NCBI RefSeq assembly: GCF_963921235.1
Contig: NC_086108.1
Span: 73,038,001 to 73,102,000, forward strand
DNA length: 64,000 nt
Direction of reading: 5' to 3'
Origin: Mobula hypostoma
Lineage: Eukaryota
Of the stretch, positions 23,618 to 35,902 are shown in pieces. Position 1 is the stretch's first letter; each line of letters begins with the position of its first letter. The translations under genes were made by a program, and so were the position numbers. Below the pieces are notes generated by a model. That model saw only the letters and a list, made by a program, of their open reading frames with translations. It did no database searches and was not told where the DNA came from.

Positions 23618-24083
23618 TTCTCTCTTGCTCTCCCTCAATGAGCAAGAGAGATTGCTGTTGATTCTTGAGTCGGAGGTGCTTGAAATGAGCGACATTCAGA
23701 CTAGAAAATTGAAACATTGAGCTGTTGGCCTCCCCTTTCACTGTGCAGGAGTAATATCTCTCTCTCCCCCATTAATGAGAGAGAAGGCCTGTTGAGATGC
23801 CGTGGTGTCGTGATGAGCCGTAGTTTTTGATGGACTATAGATTTTGGTCTTTGGAGGCTCAGTGGGTGGTGGGGACATGCTTTCTGCTGAAATAAGTGGG
23901 GGTAAGTGGGAGAGGGTTGATGCTTGTGCATGGGAGGAGGAGGGGGTCTTCAGAGTTCTAATCTGTTTCTGTCATTCATTCTTTGGGTTTTTTCCTGTTT
24001 CGTGGATGTCTGTGAAGAGTAAGGATTTCAGGTCGTATACTGTATACATTCTCTGAAATTAAATTAAACCACTGAACCATTGA
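23618..24083 (+). mobile_element. Non-coding short retroelement truncating the Tc1 right inverted repeat
   Basis: Second copy at 16435-16650; tail 'aaccactgaaccattgaa'; 5' hairpin tctcttgctc/gagcaagaga (23621-23650). Confidence 0.6.
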
Positions 24084-25745
24084 AGAGTCCTTGGAAGTGA
24101 GTCAATAGGTTGTGGGAACAGTTCAGTGTTAGGATGTGTGAAGTTAAGTGAAGTTAGACTATACAATGTAGGAGCAGGATTAGGCCATTGGGCCCATCGA
24201 GTCTGTTCTGCCATTTCATCATGGCTGATTCAATTTTCCTCTCAGCCCCAATCTTCTGCCTTCATGGCCTAAACTATCAAGAATTTCTGCCTTAAATAAA
24301 CAAAAAGACTTGGCCTCCACAGCTGCCTGTGGCAAAGAATTCCACAGTTTCACCACTCTCTGGCTAAAGAAATCCCTCCTCATCTCCATTCAAAAAGTAT
24401 GCCCCTCTATTCTGAAGCTGTGTCTTCTGGTCTTAGACTCTCCCACCATAGGAAACATTCTCTCTACATCCACTCTATCAAGGACTTTCACCATTTGATA
24501 TGATTCAATGAGGTCACCCCTCATTCTTCTGAATTCCAGTGATACAGGCCAGTGCCATCAAATGCTCTTCATATGACAAGCGATTCTATCCTAGAATCAT
24601 TTTTGTGAACCTCCTTTGAACCCTCTCCAGTTTCAGCACATTCTTTCTAAAATAAGGGGCCCAAAACTGCTCACAGTACTCCAAGTGAGGTCTCACCAGT
24701 GCTTTATAAACTCTCGACATTACATCCTTGCTTTTATATTCTAGTCCTCTTGAAATGAATGCTAACATTGCAATTGCCTTCCTCACCACAGACTCAACCT
24801 GCAAATTAACCATTAGGGAATCCTGCACAAGGAATCCCAAGTCCCTTTGCATGTCATTTTTTGTATTCTCTTTCCATTTAGGTAATAGTCAACCCTTTGA
24901 TTTCTTCTACCAAAGTGCATAACGATGCACCTCTCGACACTATATTCCATCTGCCAGTTCTTTGCCCATTCTTCTAATCTGTCTAAGTCATTCTGTAGCC
25001 TCTCTACTTCCTCAAAACTACCTGCCCCTTCACCTGTCTTCATATCGTCTACAAACTTTGCAACAAAGCCATCAATTCCATCATCCAAATCACTGACCTA
25101 TAACGCAAAAGGAACCGGTCCCAACACAGACCCTTGTGGCAAGTTATCCCCTTTGGTTCAAGAGCCTGACGGTTGAGAAGCAAAACCAGTAACTGAACCT
25201 GGTTGTGTTAGTCCTGAGGCTCCTTCACTACCTCCCTGATGTCAGAAGTGTGAAAAGAGCATGGCCTAGATGGTGGGGGTCCTTGATGATGGAGGCTGCT
25301 TTTCTGTGACACTGCTCTGTGTAGATGTACTCAATGGTGGAGAAGGCTTTACTCACGATGGACTGGGCCGAATCACTACGTTTTGTTGGCTTTTCCATTC
25401 AAGAGCACTGGTGTTCCCAGAACAGGCCTCGATGCAACTAGTCAGTTTTCTCTCCACTGCATGTCTATAGAAGTTTGTCAAAGCTTTACACAAGATGCCA
25501 AATCTTTGCAAACTTTTAAGGAAGCAGAGACATTGCTGTGCTTTCTTTGTAAAAACATTTATGTGCTGGAGCTAGGACGGATCCTTTGAAATGATAACAC
25601 CGACAAATTTAAAGTTTGCTGACTTTCTGCACCTCCAAACCCCAATGAGGTCAGGCTCATGGACCTCCAGTCTCCTCCTCCTTTGGTCAATAATCAGCTT
25701 CTTGGTCTAGCTTTTATTCAGTAAGAGTTTGTTGCTGTAGCACTT
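24084..25745 (-). mobile_element. Rex1/Babar 3' part split by a CR1 insertion
   Basis: 3' UTR at 24084-24156 resumes at 25141; homologous to 17260-17800. Confidence 0.75.
24157..25140 (-). mobile_element. CR1 LINE 3' part with 6-bp TSD
   Basis: QGSVLGP, AKFVDD, RPHLEYCEQFWAPY; aagtta at 24151-24156 and 25141-25146. Confidence 0.88.
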
Positions 25746-25789
25746 CGTTGACTACTGCTTGGTAGTACCATCTTTCCCTTAATATTAAT

Positions 25790-26520
25790 CAATAGCCCTA
25801 AGATCTCAGCACCAAAACCTCCTTGTGAAATTGGATCCTGAATATACTCACTTGCAGACTCCAGTCAGTTCATATTAGCAACATCTCTGCAATCACCACC
25901 AGCACAGGAGTACCACAAGGCCCATGTGCTTAGTTCCCTGCTCTACTCGCTTTATACTTACAACTGTGAAGCTAAGCCCAGCTGCAATGCCATGTGTAAA
26001 TTGCCGATGACACCACTGTCACTGGCTGAATCAAAGGTGGTGACGAATCACCTTATAGGAGGGAACTTGAAAATCTGGCTGATTGGTGCCACAACATCCT
26101 CTCTCAATCAATGTCAGCAAAACCAAATGGCTGATTATTGACTACAGGAGGAAGAAGCCTCAAGTCCATGAGCCAGTCATCATCGGGGGAATCAGAGGTG
26201 AAGAGTGTCAGCACTTTAAATTCCTTACTGTTATCATACCAGAGGATCTGTCCTGGCTCCAGCACACAAGTGCCATTACAAAGAAAGCATGGCAGCATCT
26301 CTAGTTTCTTAGAAGTTTGTGAAGATTTAGCAGACATATAAAACTGTGGTAAACTTCTATAAATGTGCAGTGGAGAGTACACTGGTTGGTTGCATCACGG
26401 AAAAGTCTACAGAGGTAGTGGACGCGGGTGCGGGGGTAAAGCCCTCCCCACCATTAAGCACATCTACAAGGAGTGCTGTCACAGGAAAGTAGCATCTATC
26501 ATAAAGAATCCCCACCATCT
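25790..26520 (+). mobile_element. Degenerate Rex1/Babar fragment
   Basis: TGVPQG..LYSLYT, NVSKTK.LIIDYRR, FKFL remnants. Confidence 0.75.
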
Positions 26521-26699
26521 CAGGGAAATATACGGTAACATATATGTAATTTGAAAATATAAGGGACAAAAACAGCTATTCTTAGGAAGCAGGCAAGACA
26601 TAAGTGACTGACACAATGTATCTGAGAATTATGGTAACTGGCCTATTGCAACACAAAAATACCAAGGGAAGTCCTTTGTCTGAAGTGAATGGAGTTCTG

Positions 26700-27235
26700 T
26701 GTTCAGTTCCGGTCGCCTCACTACAGGAAGCATGTGGATCCTATAGAGAGAGTGCAGAGAAGATTTACAAGGATGTTGCCTGGATTGGAGAGTGTGCTTT
26801 ATGAGAATAGGTTGAGTGAACTCGGCCTTTCTCCTTGGAGCGATGGAAGATGAGAGGTGACCTGATAGAGGTGTATAAGATGATGAGAGGCATTGATCGT
26901 GTGGATAGCCAGTAGCTTTTTCCCAGGGCTGAAATGGCTAACATGAGGGGGCATAGTTTTAAGGTGCTTGGAAGTAGGTACAAGAGGGATGACAGAGGTA
27001 AGTCATCACACTCATCACAGAGAGTGGTGAATGTGTGGAATGCACTGCCAACAATGATGGTAGAGGCAGTATAATCGGGTCTTTTAAGAGATTCTTAGAT
27101 AGATACATGGAGCTTAGAAAAACAGAGGGCTATGTAGTAGGGAAATTCTAGGCAGTTTCTAGAGTAAGTTACATGGTTAGCACAACATTGTGGGCCAAAG
27201 GGCCTGTAATATACTGTAGATTTCTATGTTCTATG
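26700..27235 (+). mobile_element. CR1 LINE 3' end
   Basis: RGDLIEVYKMMRGIDRVDS..FPR..RGHSFKV; tail ttctatgttctatg. Confidence 0.85.
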
Positions 27236-27504
27236 AATGCATTGGACAAAGACAGACCCAACCTGACCAACAACCTTATCAACAATGGTTATGCTCACGT
27301 CAAAATGATGTCAGTTACCTGCAACACATCATTATTTTGTAGAAGTTCTACATAACTCAAAATATGTTGATTCTCAAGGAAACTTCCCAACTGATCTCCC
27401 GTGTGCATACAAGTCCTTTGCAGGAGATGAGTACCCAACTTACAGTATATACAGACCACACATACAAACAAGCATTTGGGAGACATTGCAGAAGATCTCC
27501 ATAT

Positions 27505-28295
27505 GAGACGATTGTTGGTAGGATCTCAGATGGAGTTGAGAGGGCATACAGGAACGAGATATACCAACTAGTGGAGTGGTGTTGCAACAAAAACCTTGCT
27601 TTCAACATCAGTAAGACGAAAGAGCTGATTGTGGACTTCAGGATGGGTAAGATGAAGGAACACATATTAATCCTCATAGAGGGTTCAGAAGTGGAGAGAG
27701 TGAGCAGTTTCAAGTTCCTGGGTGTCAAGATCACTCTGGATCTAACCTTGTCCCAACAAATTGATACAGCTACAAAGAAGGCAAAACAGCAACTATACTT
27801 CATTAGGAGTTTGAAGATATGGTATGTCAACAAAAACACTCAAGAACTTCTATAGATGTACCATGGAGGGCATCCTGTCATCTCCACCTTGGGCACAAGC
27901 CTACACAATACCCAGGACATCCTCAAGGAATGGCGTCTCAGAAAGGCAACATCCATTAAGGACCTCCAGCACCCAGGGTGTGCCCTTTTCTCATTGTTAC
28001 CATCAGGGAGGAGGTATAAAAACCTGACGGCACACGCTCAGCGATTCAGGAACAGCTTCTTCCCCTCTGCCATCTGATTCCTAAATGGACATTGAACCCA
28101 TGAACACTACCTCAGTTTTATTAATATATATTATTTCTGTTTTTGCATGATTTTTAATTTATTCAATATATATGCACTGTAATTGATTTATTTATTTTTC
28201 TTCTATATTATGCATTGTATTGTACTGCTGCTGCTAAATTAAAAAGTTTAACGACACATCCCAATGATAATAGGTAAACCTGGTTCTGATTCTGA
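27505..28295 (+). mobile_element. Rex1/Babar 3' part
   Basis: IVGRISDG.E.AYR.EI..LVEWC..NL.FNISKTKELIVDFR; LPSGRRY..RFRNSFFPSAI; tail tctgattctga. Confidence 0.85.
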
Positions 28296-28469
28296 GGATG
28301 TGCCAGCTGCTCTGGGGCTGCTGGCATCTTTTTCTGTCCGGGACCTCGGTTTGCAGCTACATATGGTCAGTTAACATAATTCTCAGATATATGTTGTCGG
28401 CCTACTTGTGCCTTTAATTTCTGAATTGCAAACTGTCTAGGTTGCAGATAGTTCACAGGAATGGAATAC

Positions 28470-28685
28470 CAGTCTGCTGGAGGATCATCATGGGCCAAGC
28501 GGCAGAAGAAATGAACTTCAATATTTCAGGATGAAACCCTGCATCTGGACTGAGTCTGATGCAGAGTTTCAACCCAAAACTGTGACAATTTGCCCCCTTC
28601 CTCACAGATGCTGCTCAACCCACAAGTTCTTTCAACAGATTGTTTGCTGCTCCAGCTTGCAGCATCTGCAGCCTCTTGTGTTTTA
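28470..28685. mobile_element. Miniature inverted Penelope-like element with two back-to-back decayed hammerheads
   Basis: atttcaggatgaaaccctgcatctggact | gagtctgatgcagagtttcaacccaaaac, then the family 3' tail. Confidence 0.65.
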
Positions 28686-29208
28686 CAAGACTGGAACTCT
28701 GTTATAAACTGCATGCATTGATATTGAATAACGGCTCATTTGAAGTCAATGGTTTGTCACTCCAATGCTTGAACAATTTGCTATGTGCTATTTTCTATGT
28801 ATTTAACTGAATGTTGCGTTAATTTAACAACCTATTTATGAACAGTATTGGTCTCCTGAAGGACGCTGAAAGCTTTTCAGAGATAGTTTATCAGACTCAT
28901 ACCTGGTTTGGGTGAGTTGCCTTGTCCAGATTTGTGCCTGCTGGGAGATGAGAGAAAGTGAGAGAAATTGAATTATAGAAGATCCTCAGGTGTTGATATA
29001 GTTGGTGTGGAAAGAAATTAGCATTGAGGAATCACTGTCTAAAATTTAATGGGTGTTCATTCAAGACTGGAAGGAGGCGAAAATGTTTCATCAGGGGTTT
29101 CAGGTCTTTGAAAAAAAATTTATTGTATTTTTAAAGCAAGAGTAAATCGAACTTTATTAGGAAAGAGTGTGAAAAGTTACTGAGGTAGACAGATATGAAA
29201 AGATTACA

Positions 29209-30418
29209 TACAAGAGAAAATCTACAGATGCTGGAAATCCGAGCAACACACACAAAATGCTGGAGGAACTCAGAAGGCCAGGCAGCATCTATGGAAAAGA
29301 GTATTGTCGACGTTTTGGGCCAAAACCCTTCAGCAAGACTGGAGAAAAAAGGATGAGGAGTTGATTTAAAAGACGGGGGAGGGGAGAGAGAAACACAAGG
29401 TGATAGGTGAAACCTGAAGGGGGAGGGATGAAGTAAAGAGGTGGGAATTTGAAAGAGACAGAAGGCCACGGAAGAAAGAAAAGGTTGGGGGAGTAGCACC
29501 GGAAGGAGATAACGTGAGAGAGGGAAAAGGGAATGGGAAATGTTGAAGGAGGGTGGGTGGGGGGCATTACTGGAAGTTTGATGAATCGATGTTCATGCCA
29601 TCATGATGAGGCCACACTTAGAACAACACCCAAATGGAATATAAGGTGTTGTTCTAAGTGTGGCCTCGTCATGACAGTGGAAGAGGCAATAGACAGACAT
29701 ATTGGAATGGGAATGGGGTGGAATTAAAATAAGTGGCCACTGGGAGATCCCGCTACCTCTGGCAAAGCGATCTTGCAGTCTACATCGGGTCTCACCGATA
29801 TACAGGAGCCACACCAGGAGCACCGGATACGGTAGATGACACCAATAGAACCACAGGTGAAGTGTCACCTCTCCTGGAATGTCTGCTTAGGGCCCTGAAT
29901 GGTAGTGAGGGAGAAGGTGTAGGGGCAGGTGTAGCATTTAATCTGCTTGCAAGGATAAGTGCTAGGAGGGAGATCACTGGGGAGGGTCAAAAGGACAGGG
30001 GAGTTGAGTACGGAGCGAATCCCTGCGGAAAGCAGAAAGTTGGGGGGGGGAGTGAAAGGTGTACTTGGAGGTGGAATCCCATTGGAGATGACGGAAGTTT
30101 CAGAGAACTACGTGCTGGACGCAGAGGCTGGTGAGGAGGTAGGTGAGGACATGAGGAATCCTATCCCTGGTAGGGTGGCGGGAGGATGGGGTAAGACCAG
30201 ACGTATGTGAAATGGAAGAAATGCGGTTGAGGGCAGCATTGATGGTAGAGGAAAGGAAACCCTTTCTTTGATAAAGGAAAAATCTGCTTCATTCTAGAAT
30301 GAAAAGCCACATCCTGAGAGCAGATGTAGTGGAGACGGTGGAATTGAGAAAAGGGGATGGCATTTGCTACCATAGATTCTGCCTGGCCTGCTGAGTTCCT
30401 CCAACATTTTGTGTTATG
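29209..30418 (-). mobile_element. Penelope-like element with short inverted tail and 13-bp TSD
   Basis: AIPFSQF.RL..ICS, LLYIGETR remnants; decayed hammerhead at about 29303-29341; inverted tail 30370-30415; TSD tgaaaagattaca at 29196-29208 and 30419-30431. Confidence 0.88.
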
Positions 30419-31279
30419 TGAAAAGATTACAATCAGATTGGCTCTGTCCTTATTGAATATGGCAGCAAGTTTGAGGTGGTGAGTAACCTATTCCTCCTCC
30501 TAGTTTCTTTGTTTGTATGTAGGCCCAATCACATCGTGCATTAAAATCCATGAGTCCTAGTATTTTGTGAAGATTGGCAGTGGAGAGAAGCATTCTTGGT
30601 GAGAAATTTGGGGATGATTATAAAATAGGAGATTCAATGCAATGGAGCAAGTAGTCTGTGTAGTCGTAGGTCCCATGAAATGACTGTCTATGAAATGAAA
30701 GTTCTGTGAATCAGAAAGCGGGACCTGTAAAGTTAGAAGGGGAATCATCATTATATTTTAAAAATCATTAGTTAAATTATTTTCCTTCTCAATAATGGAG
30801 GAAGCTAACCTCGAACACATTAATGTTTATATTAATGAAATCCATCTCATGGGAAAACTGCATTGTAGCATTTGTCTGTTGCCCATGTTAGCCTGCTTTT
30901 GGAAATTAATATGATTTAGCTTAATGACTAAAGTTTTTTTTCCTTGGAGCTCTCTTAAATATAATCAGCTCAACTCCATGTGTAATGATAAATATTCTGA
31001 AATGGATTAATTATAAATGACTAATCACTTTATGTCAAAAAAAAATCTATTTCCATCTTTGGAACATAAAACTCATATAATTGTACAACACTGAAAGGGA
31101 GTCTGAGGTTCACAGAGGCTTCATTATAGAGTTCACTGTCCCTATCTCAGTGGATTTTTTTGCGACACTTTCCTTAATATATGAATGTCCATTCAAATTC
31201 CTCTAAGCTTTCTCTTTTCTAAGGATAGATATCCCAGCCGTTCTGCAATACCCAGAAGGAAAAGTATAAAATGGTTGGG

Positions 31280-31432
31280 ATACAAGAGAGGGCAGATGCT
31301 GGAATCTGGAGCAACACAAAGGCACTGGAGGAACTTGGTGCGGTCAGGCAGCATCTGTGAGGGGAATGGACAGTCAATGTCTCAGGTTGAGACAAAGGTC
31401 TGAGATTGTCCATTTCCTTCCATAAATGCTGC
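31280..31432. mobile_element. Miniature inverted Penelope-like tail element
   Basis: gcagcatctgtgaggggaatggacagtc pairs with gattgtccatttccttccataaatgctgc around a partial hammerhead. Confidence 0.65.
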
Positions 31433-31910
31433 GCGACACTTCTTCATCTTAAATTACTCCTGGCCATATTTCCCCATTTCAGGATCCTTTTGCAGCATTG
31501 TCAGTCTCTCAGGTAAAACTTTCATTGTGGTGAATAGTCACATATCATCCCAGTAACATGAATGACCAAAAATAACCAGCAACTGAAACAATCAAAATAG
31601 CCGAAATATTGCAAAATATTAAGTACAAGTGTTTATATCTAAAGAAAGGTAGGATTCAGTACCATGTTATCCACACCTTTCTGAAAATATTTCATTAGAG
31701 AATGGTGCATTTGCATCATGTTATATTAATGAGATGGAACAGTAAACAAAATTGTAAAAACATTACTTTTGGAACAGTGGATCTGATTACTGGATTAATT
31801 AAACATACTGTATAGCCTTTAGATTTCAGGGATGAATAGTGGGATACAAAATGAGGTGTTAATAATCAGTGGAATGGATCAAAAAAGAAAAACTCACCAA
31901 TTTTTTTAAA

Positions 31911-32005
31911 GTCCTGACAAAGAGTCTTGGCCCGAAATGTCAACTCTTTATTTCTTTCCATAGATGCTGCCTGATCTGCTGAGTCCCTCCGGTATTTTGT
32001 GTGTG
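31911..32005 (+). mobile_element. 95-bp solo Penelope-like unit beginning at the hammerhead
   Basis: gtcctgacaaagagtcttggcccgaaatgtcaac…; flanks ccaatttttttaaa (31897-31910) / ccaagctttttaaa (32006-32019). Confidence 0.75.
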
Positions 32006-32069
32006 CCAAGCTTTTTAAATCCCCCTTAACTTTACCATGTGGCAAAGAAGCTCAGGATAGTGCCAAGTA

Positions 32070-33050
32070 CACTGGACAGCAAAGATTTTGCTTCCTGAAT
32101 ACCTTCAGGCGTATCTTATGAATTTTGGGCTACTGATCATGAAAATCACCATGAAATTTCCCTATCACGCACCATTTTTTGAAATCACTTATGTTTATTA
32201 TTTTAATTCATAATTCAAGTCAATTAAAATGTCGCCTCCATGATAAGCTGGAATGTTTCCTATCTTGCCTAGGCACGCTTGGGCATGCTGCGTGGCAGCA
32301 CAGGTTTTAGTAATAGTTATTGGGTTCAGGACTGTAAGGATGGAATTTGCTATCACCAGGCACAAAAATTTCTATGAAGGATTTTAATATTTGAGACAAG
32401 TGCTTCCCAGAATAATTGATGCCAAGATTAAAGAAAGCATTTTTGTTGGTCCACAAATCAAACAGGTCACCAGTGACAGGCAATTTGAAGAATTTCTAGT
32501 GGGACCACAGAAAATCACATGGAAGGCATTCAAGGAAGTTGTTGAAATTTTTCTTGGCATCGACAGAGCACCAAGCTGGTTGAAAGCATGTTTCAAGCAT
32601 GTAAAACCATGAAATGCAACATGTCACTAAAGATTCGTTTTCTGCATTCCCATTTAGACTTCTTCCCTGCAAATCTTGGTGCTGTCAGTGACGAGCATGG
32701 TGAAAGGTTTCACCAGGACATTGCGGTCATGGAGAAAAGATACCAGGGAAACTGGAATCCATCAGTGCTGGCGAATTATTGTTGTGACACTTAAGCGAGA
32801 AATCTCAGACAATGAGTACAAATGAAAACCATTAACAAAATATTTTTAACTTAGTTGAACTATTGCAAAGCATCAGCACCATTATGCAATTAAACACATT
32901 ATATTCAATAAAAGTTAATTCGTTGTTTCTCCAAATTCCTACATGATACAAGTAGTCTGAAATTATATTTGTGTTCATCTTCAAGCAGTCTATCATAAAC
33001 AAAAAAAATTCAGAGGAAGCAACACTTTTGAAAAAAATTGTTGTCCAGTG
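32070..33050 (+). mobile_element. Chapaev3-like (CMC superfamily) DNA transposon, internally deleted, both ends intact
   Basis: TIRs CACTGGACAGCAA / TTGTTGTCCAGTG; 3-bp TSD GTA (32067-32069, 33051-33053); transposase C-terminal remnant. Confidence 0.75.
32385..32800 (+). pseudogene. Transposase C-terminal remnant (frameshifted)
   Basis: KIKESIFVGPQI; CNMSLKIRFLHSHLDFFPANLGAVSDEHGERFHQDIAVMEKRYQGNW. Confidence 0.8.
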
Positions 33051-34269
33051 GTATCATGAAAGTTGTCTGAATAAGAAGCCACTGCTTCCAGGGGCTCTGG
33101 ATTCCACCAGAACAGCTGAAAGTCACTATTACCTTCAGAATTAGCATTGCAATATCAGTGTTCATAATCATAAAAATGTGGTTAACTATTAAAAATCGTA
33201 GACAGTGTCGAGAATATATACACATGTGGGGCAGGTAAATTCAAATAAAATTTATTTCAGAGGAATGAAGTTAACAATATTTTTATGTACGATTTAAGGA
33301 AATTCATGCTAAATAACAACACTTTATAGAACAGTCACTTAAATGAAAATGAATGAAGCACGTTGCTTATTTTAGAAAGATTATGGACACCTGAATTTTA
33401 GAAGCAGCTGAATAATACGCAAAAGTAAATGGAGAATCCTAAAATTACAGAGTATAGTAAAGTTAGGATATTAGATTTAGTTTTCGTCACTCTTGGGAGC
33501 ATACCTAGGTCACCAACACCACATTAGATGTTGTAAGCAAAAGGAGAAGCAAAGAAAATAGGCTCTTCTTATTAAGACATGGAATGTTAAGAGGAAATCT
33601 GATAGTGGTGCTTAAACAGGGAAAATATATTTCCACAGTCCCGTCACTAGCAAAAGGACAAAGGGAGAGAATGAGGGGACTTTATAATGCAGATGGCTGT
33701 TAAGGCATTGAATGCCCTATCTCACACACTGAAGGAAACATAATCCATTTTAGTTTTTAAAAGGATAAATATTTGAAAAAGTGTAAAAGGATATGGGAAG
33801 TTGGCAGAGGAATGGAACTAAATTGGATGGTGTTTTCAGAGGATCATCACAGCACAATTGGTTGAATAGTTGGAGAATTCTACGACTATGATTCTGTAGT
33901 TCAGCACCTTGCAACCTATTCTGTACAGAAAGAATTTAGAGTACCAGGAACCTTAGGTAATGCTGCAGATTACATCATCAGATGTGTTGGTAATGTCTCA
34001 AGATAAAAATATATAAATCTTAGCCAGATCTCTAATTATTTGCCGCAATTAAAAAGAGAGGTACAAGTACTTTTTTCTTGACTTTGAGCTTAATGATAAC
34101 ATTTACTGACATTTTTTATTAATGGATTTACAGTGGTACTGAACATGAAAAATTAGAGAAAACTGCTGTAGTCCAACACAAAATATAATCTTAATTTCTG
34201 AGCAGGAGGTGCAATAATCTTTCACTGTTTTCCAATAACATTCTAAACTGCTAGTTCTTATGGGATGCC

Positions 34270-34684
34270 AGTGAATAAATTGCAGTCGTCCTTGTAGAGA
34301 TACTTGCTACATCGTTATCTGTAGGCGAAGTTCCAGAAAAATCTCATTATTCAAGAAGGGTAGAGAGGACTTCAATAGTAGGGAAGTTATTGGAGGGAAT
34401 TCAGAGGGACAAAATCTACTATCACTTGGATAGTCAAGGCCTGATCAGGAATAGTTATCATGGTTGTAAGAATGAGAGGTAATGTCTAATGAATCTTTTG
34501 GAGATCTTCCGAACAGGTAACCAAGAGGATATATAAGGGTAGGGCAGTGGGGGTTGTCTATATGGGATTTAGTAAAGCCTTTGACAAAGTCCCATGTGGC
34601 AGACTGATCTAGAAGGTTAGAATGCATAGGATTATGGGGAACTAATGAGGTAGATTCAGAAATGGCTCAATAATTGGAAACAGA
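34270..34684 (+). mobile_element. Degenerate CR1 RT fragment
   Basis: VVYMGFSKAFDKVP..RL remnant; its 3' UTR appears to resume near 35432. Confidence 0.65.
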
Positions 34685-35430
34685 GTCAAAGTCAAAGTAA
34701 ATTTATTATCGATGTACATAACATGTCACCATATGCTAACTTGAGATTCGTTTTCTTACAGGCTTTGACAGGAAAATACAATAGAATTTATGAAAAATGA
34801 AATAACAAAGACTAAAAAACAAGCAATGTGCAAAAGAAGACAAATCATGCAAATAATAAAAAAGTAAATAAATAATACTGAGAACATGCATTGTAGAATC
34901 ATTGAAAGTGAGTCCATAGGCTGTGGGATCAACTTAATGTTGAGGTGAGTGGAGTTATCCTCACTAATTCAGGAGCCTGATGGTTGTATGACTGTTCCTG
35001 AACCGGTGGTGTAGGACTTAAGGCTCCTGTACTTCCTACCCAGTGGTAGCAGTAGGAAGAGAACGTGGCCTGAAAGATGGGGGTCCTTAATTAGAAATAT
35101 TGTTTTTTTGTGGTAATGCTCCATGAGCTCAAGTGCTCCATGATAGGGAGGGTTTTGCCTGGGATGGAGTAGGCTGTATCCACCACTTTTTGTAGACTTT
35201 TCCATTCCTGGGTATTGATGTTTCCATACCAGGCTGTGATGCAACCAGTCAGGATACTTTCCACTGTGCTTCCATAGAAGTTTGTCAAAGTTTTGGATGA
35301 CGTAACAAAGCTCTGCAAATTTTAAGAAAGCGGTAAGGCTCTGTTGTGCCTTCTTTGTGATAGTACATCCTTTAAAATGGTAAGACCAAGGAATTTAAAG
35401 TTGTTGACTTTCTGCACCTCTGAACCTCCA
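34685..35430 (-). mobile_element. Rex1/Babar 3' part nested in CR1
   Basis: LTNFY.STVESILTGCITAWYGN; LLPLGRKYRSLK; tail (actttg)n. Confidence 0.8.
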
Positions 35431-35902
35431 ATCAGTTGGGCCAAAAGGCTTGTTTCTGTGCTGCCTTACTCTATAGCTCTATCTGACCCAGGTCTAATTA
35501 TCAAATTATGGTTATGAATGGACCATATTTTTAAAAAAAGCTTAGCACCTGAAACAGTCATGCACTTTGGACACATATCAGCATACGAATTAGCAGCAGA
35601 TTCAGGCCACCTGGTGCTGCAGTCTTCCTTAACTATTCAGCAAGTTCATGATTGAGCTTTTACTTCTACTCTATTTTCCTGCCTTATCGCACATCCCTTG
35701 ATTCTGTTAATCTTCAAAAATCTACCAATCTCAGTTTCGAATGAACTTGGTGTCCGAAGCTTCACAATCCTCCAGGATGTTGATTCCAAGGTTTACTGCA
35801 CACTTGGAGTGAAAAAAAAATATCTGAATTTGAATCCTAAATGACCTGGTCCTTCTTTTGAGACCATGTGTTCTAAAGTCCTTGGGAAAATATCTCCATA
35901 TT

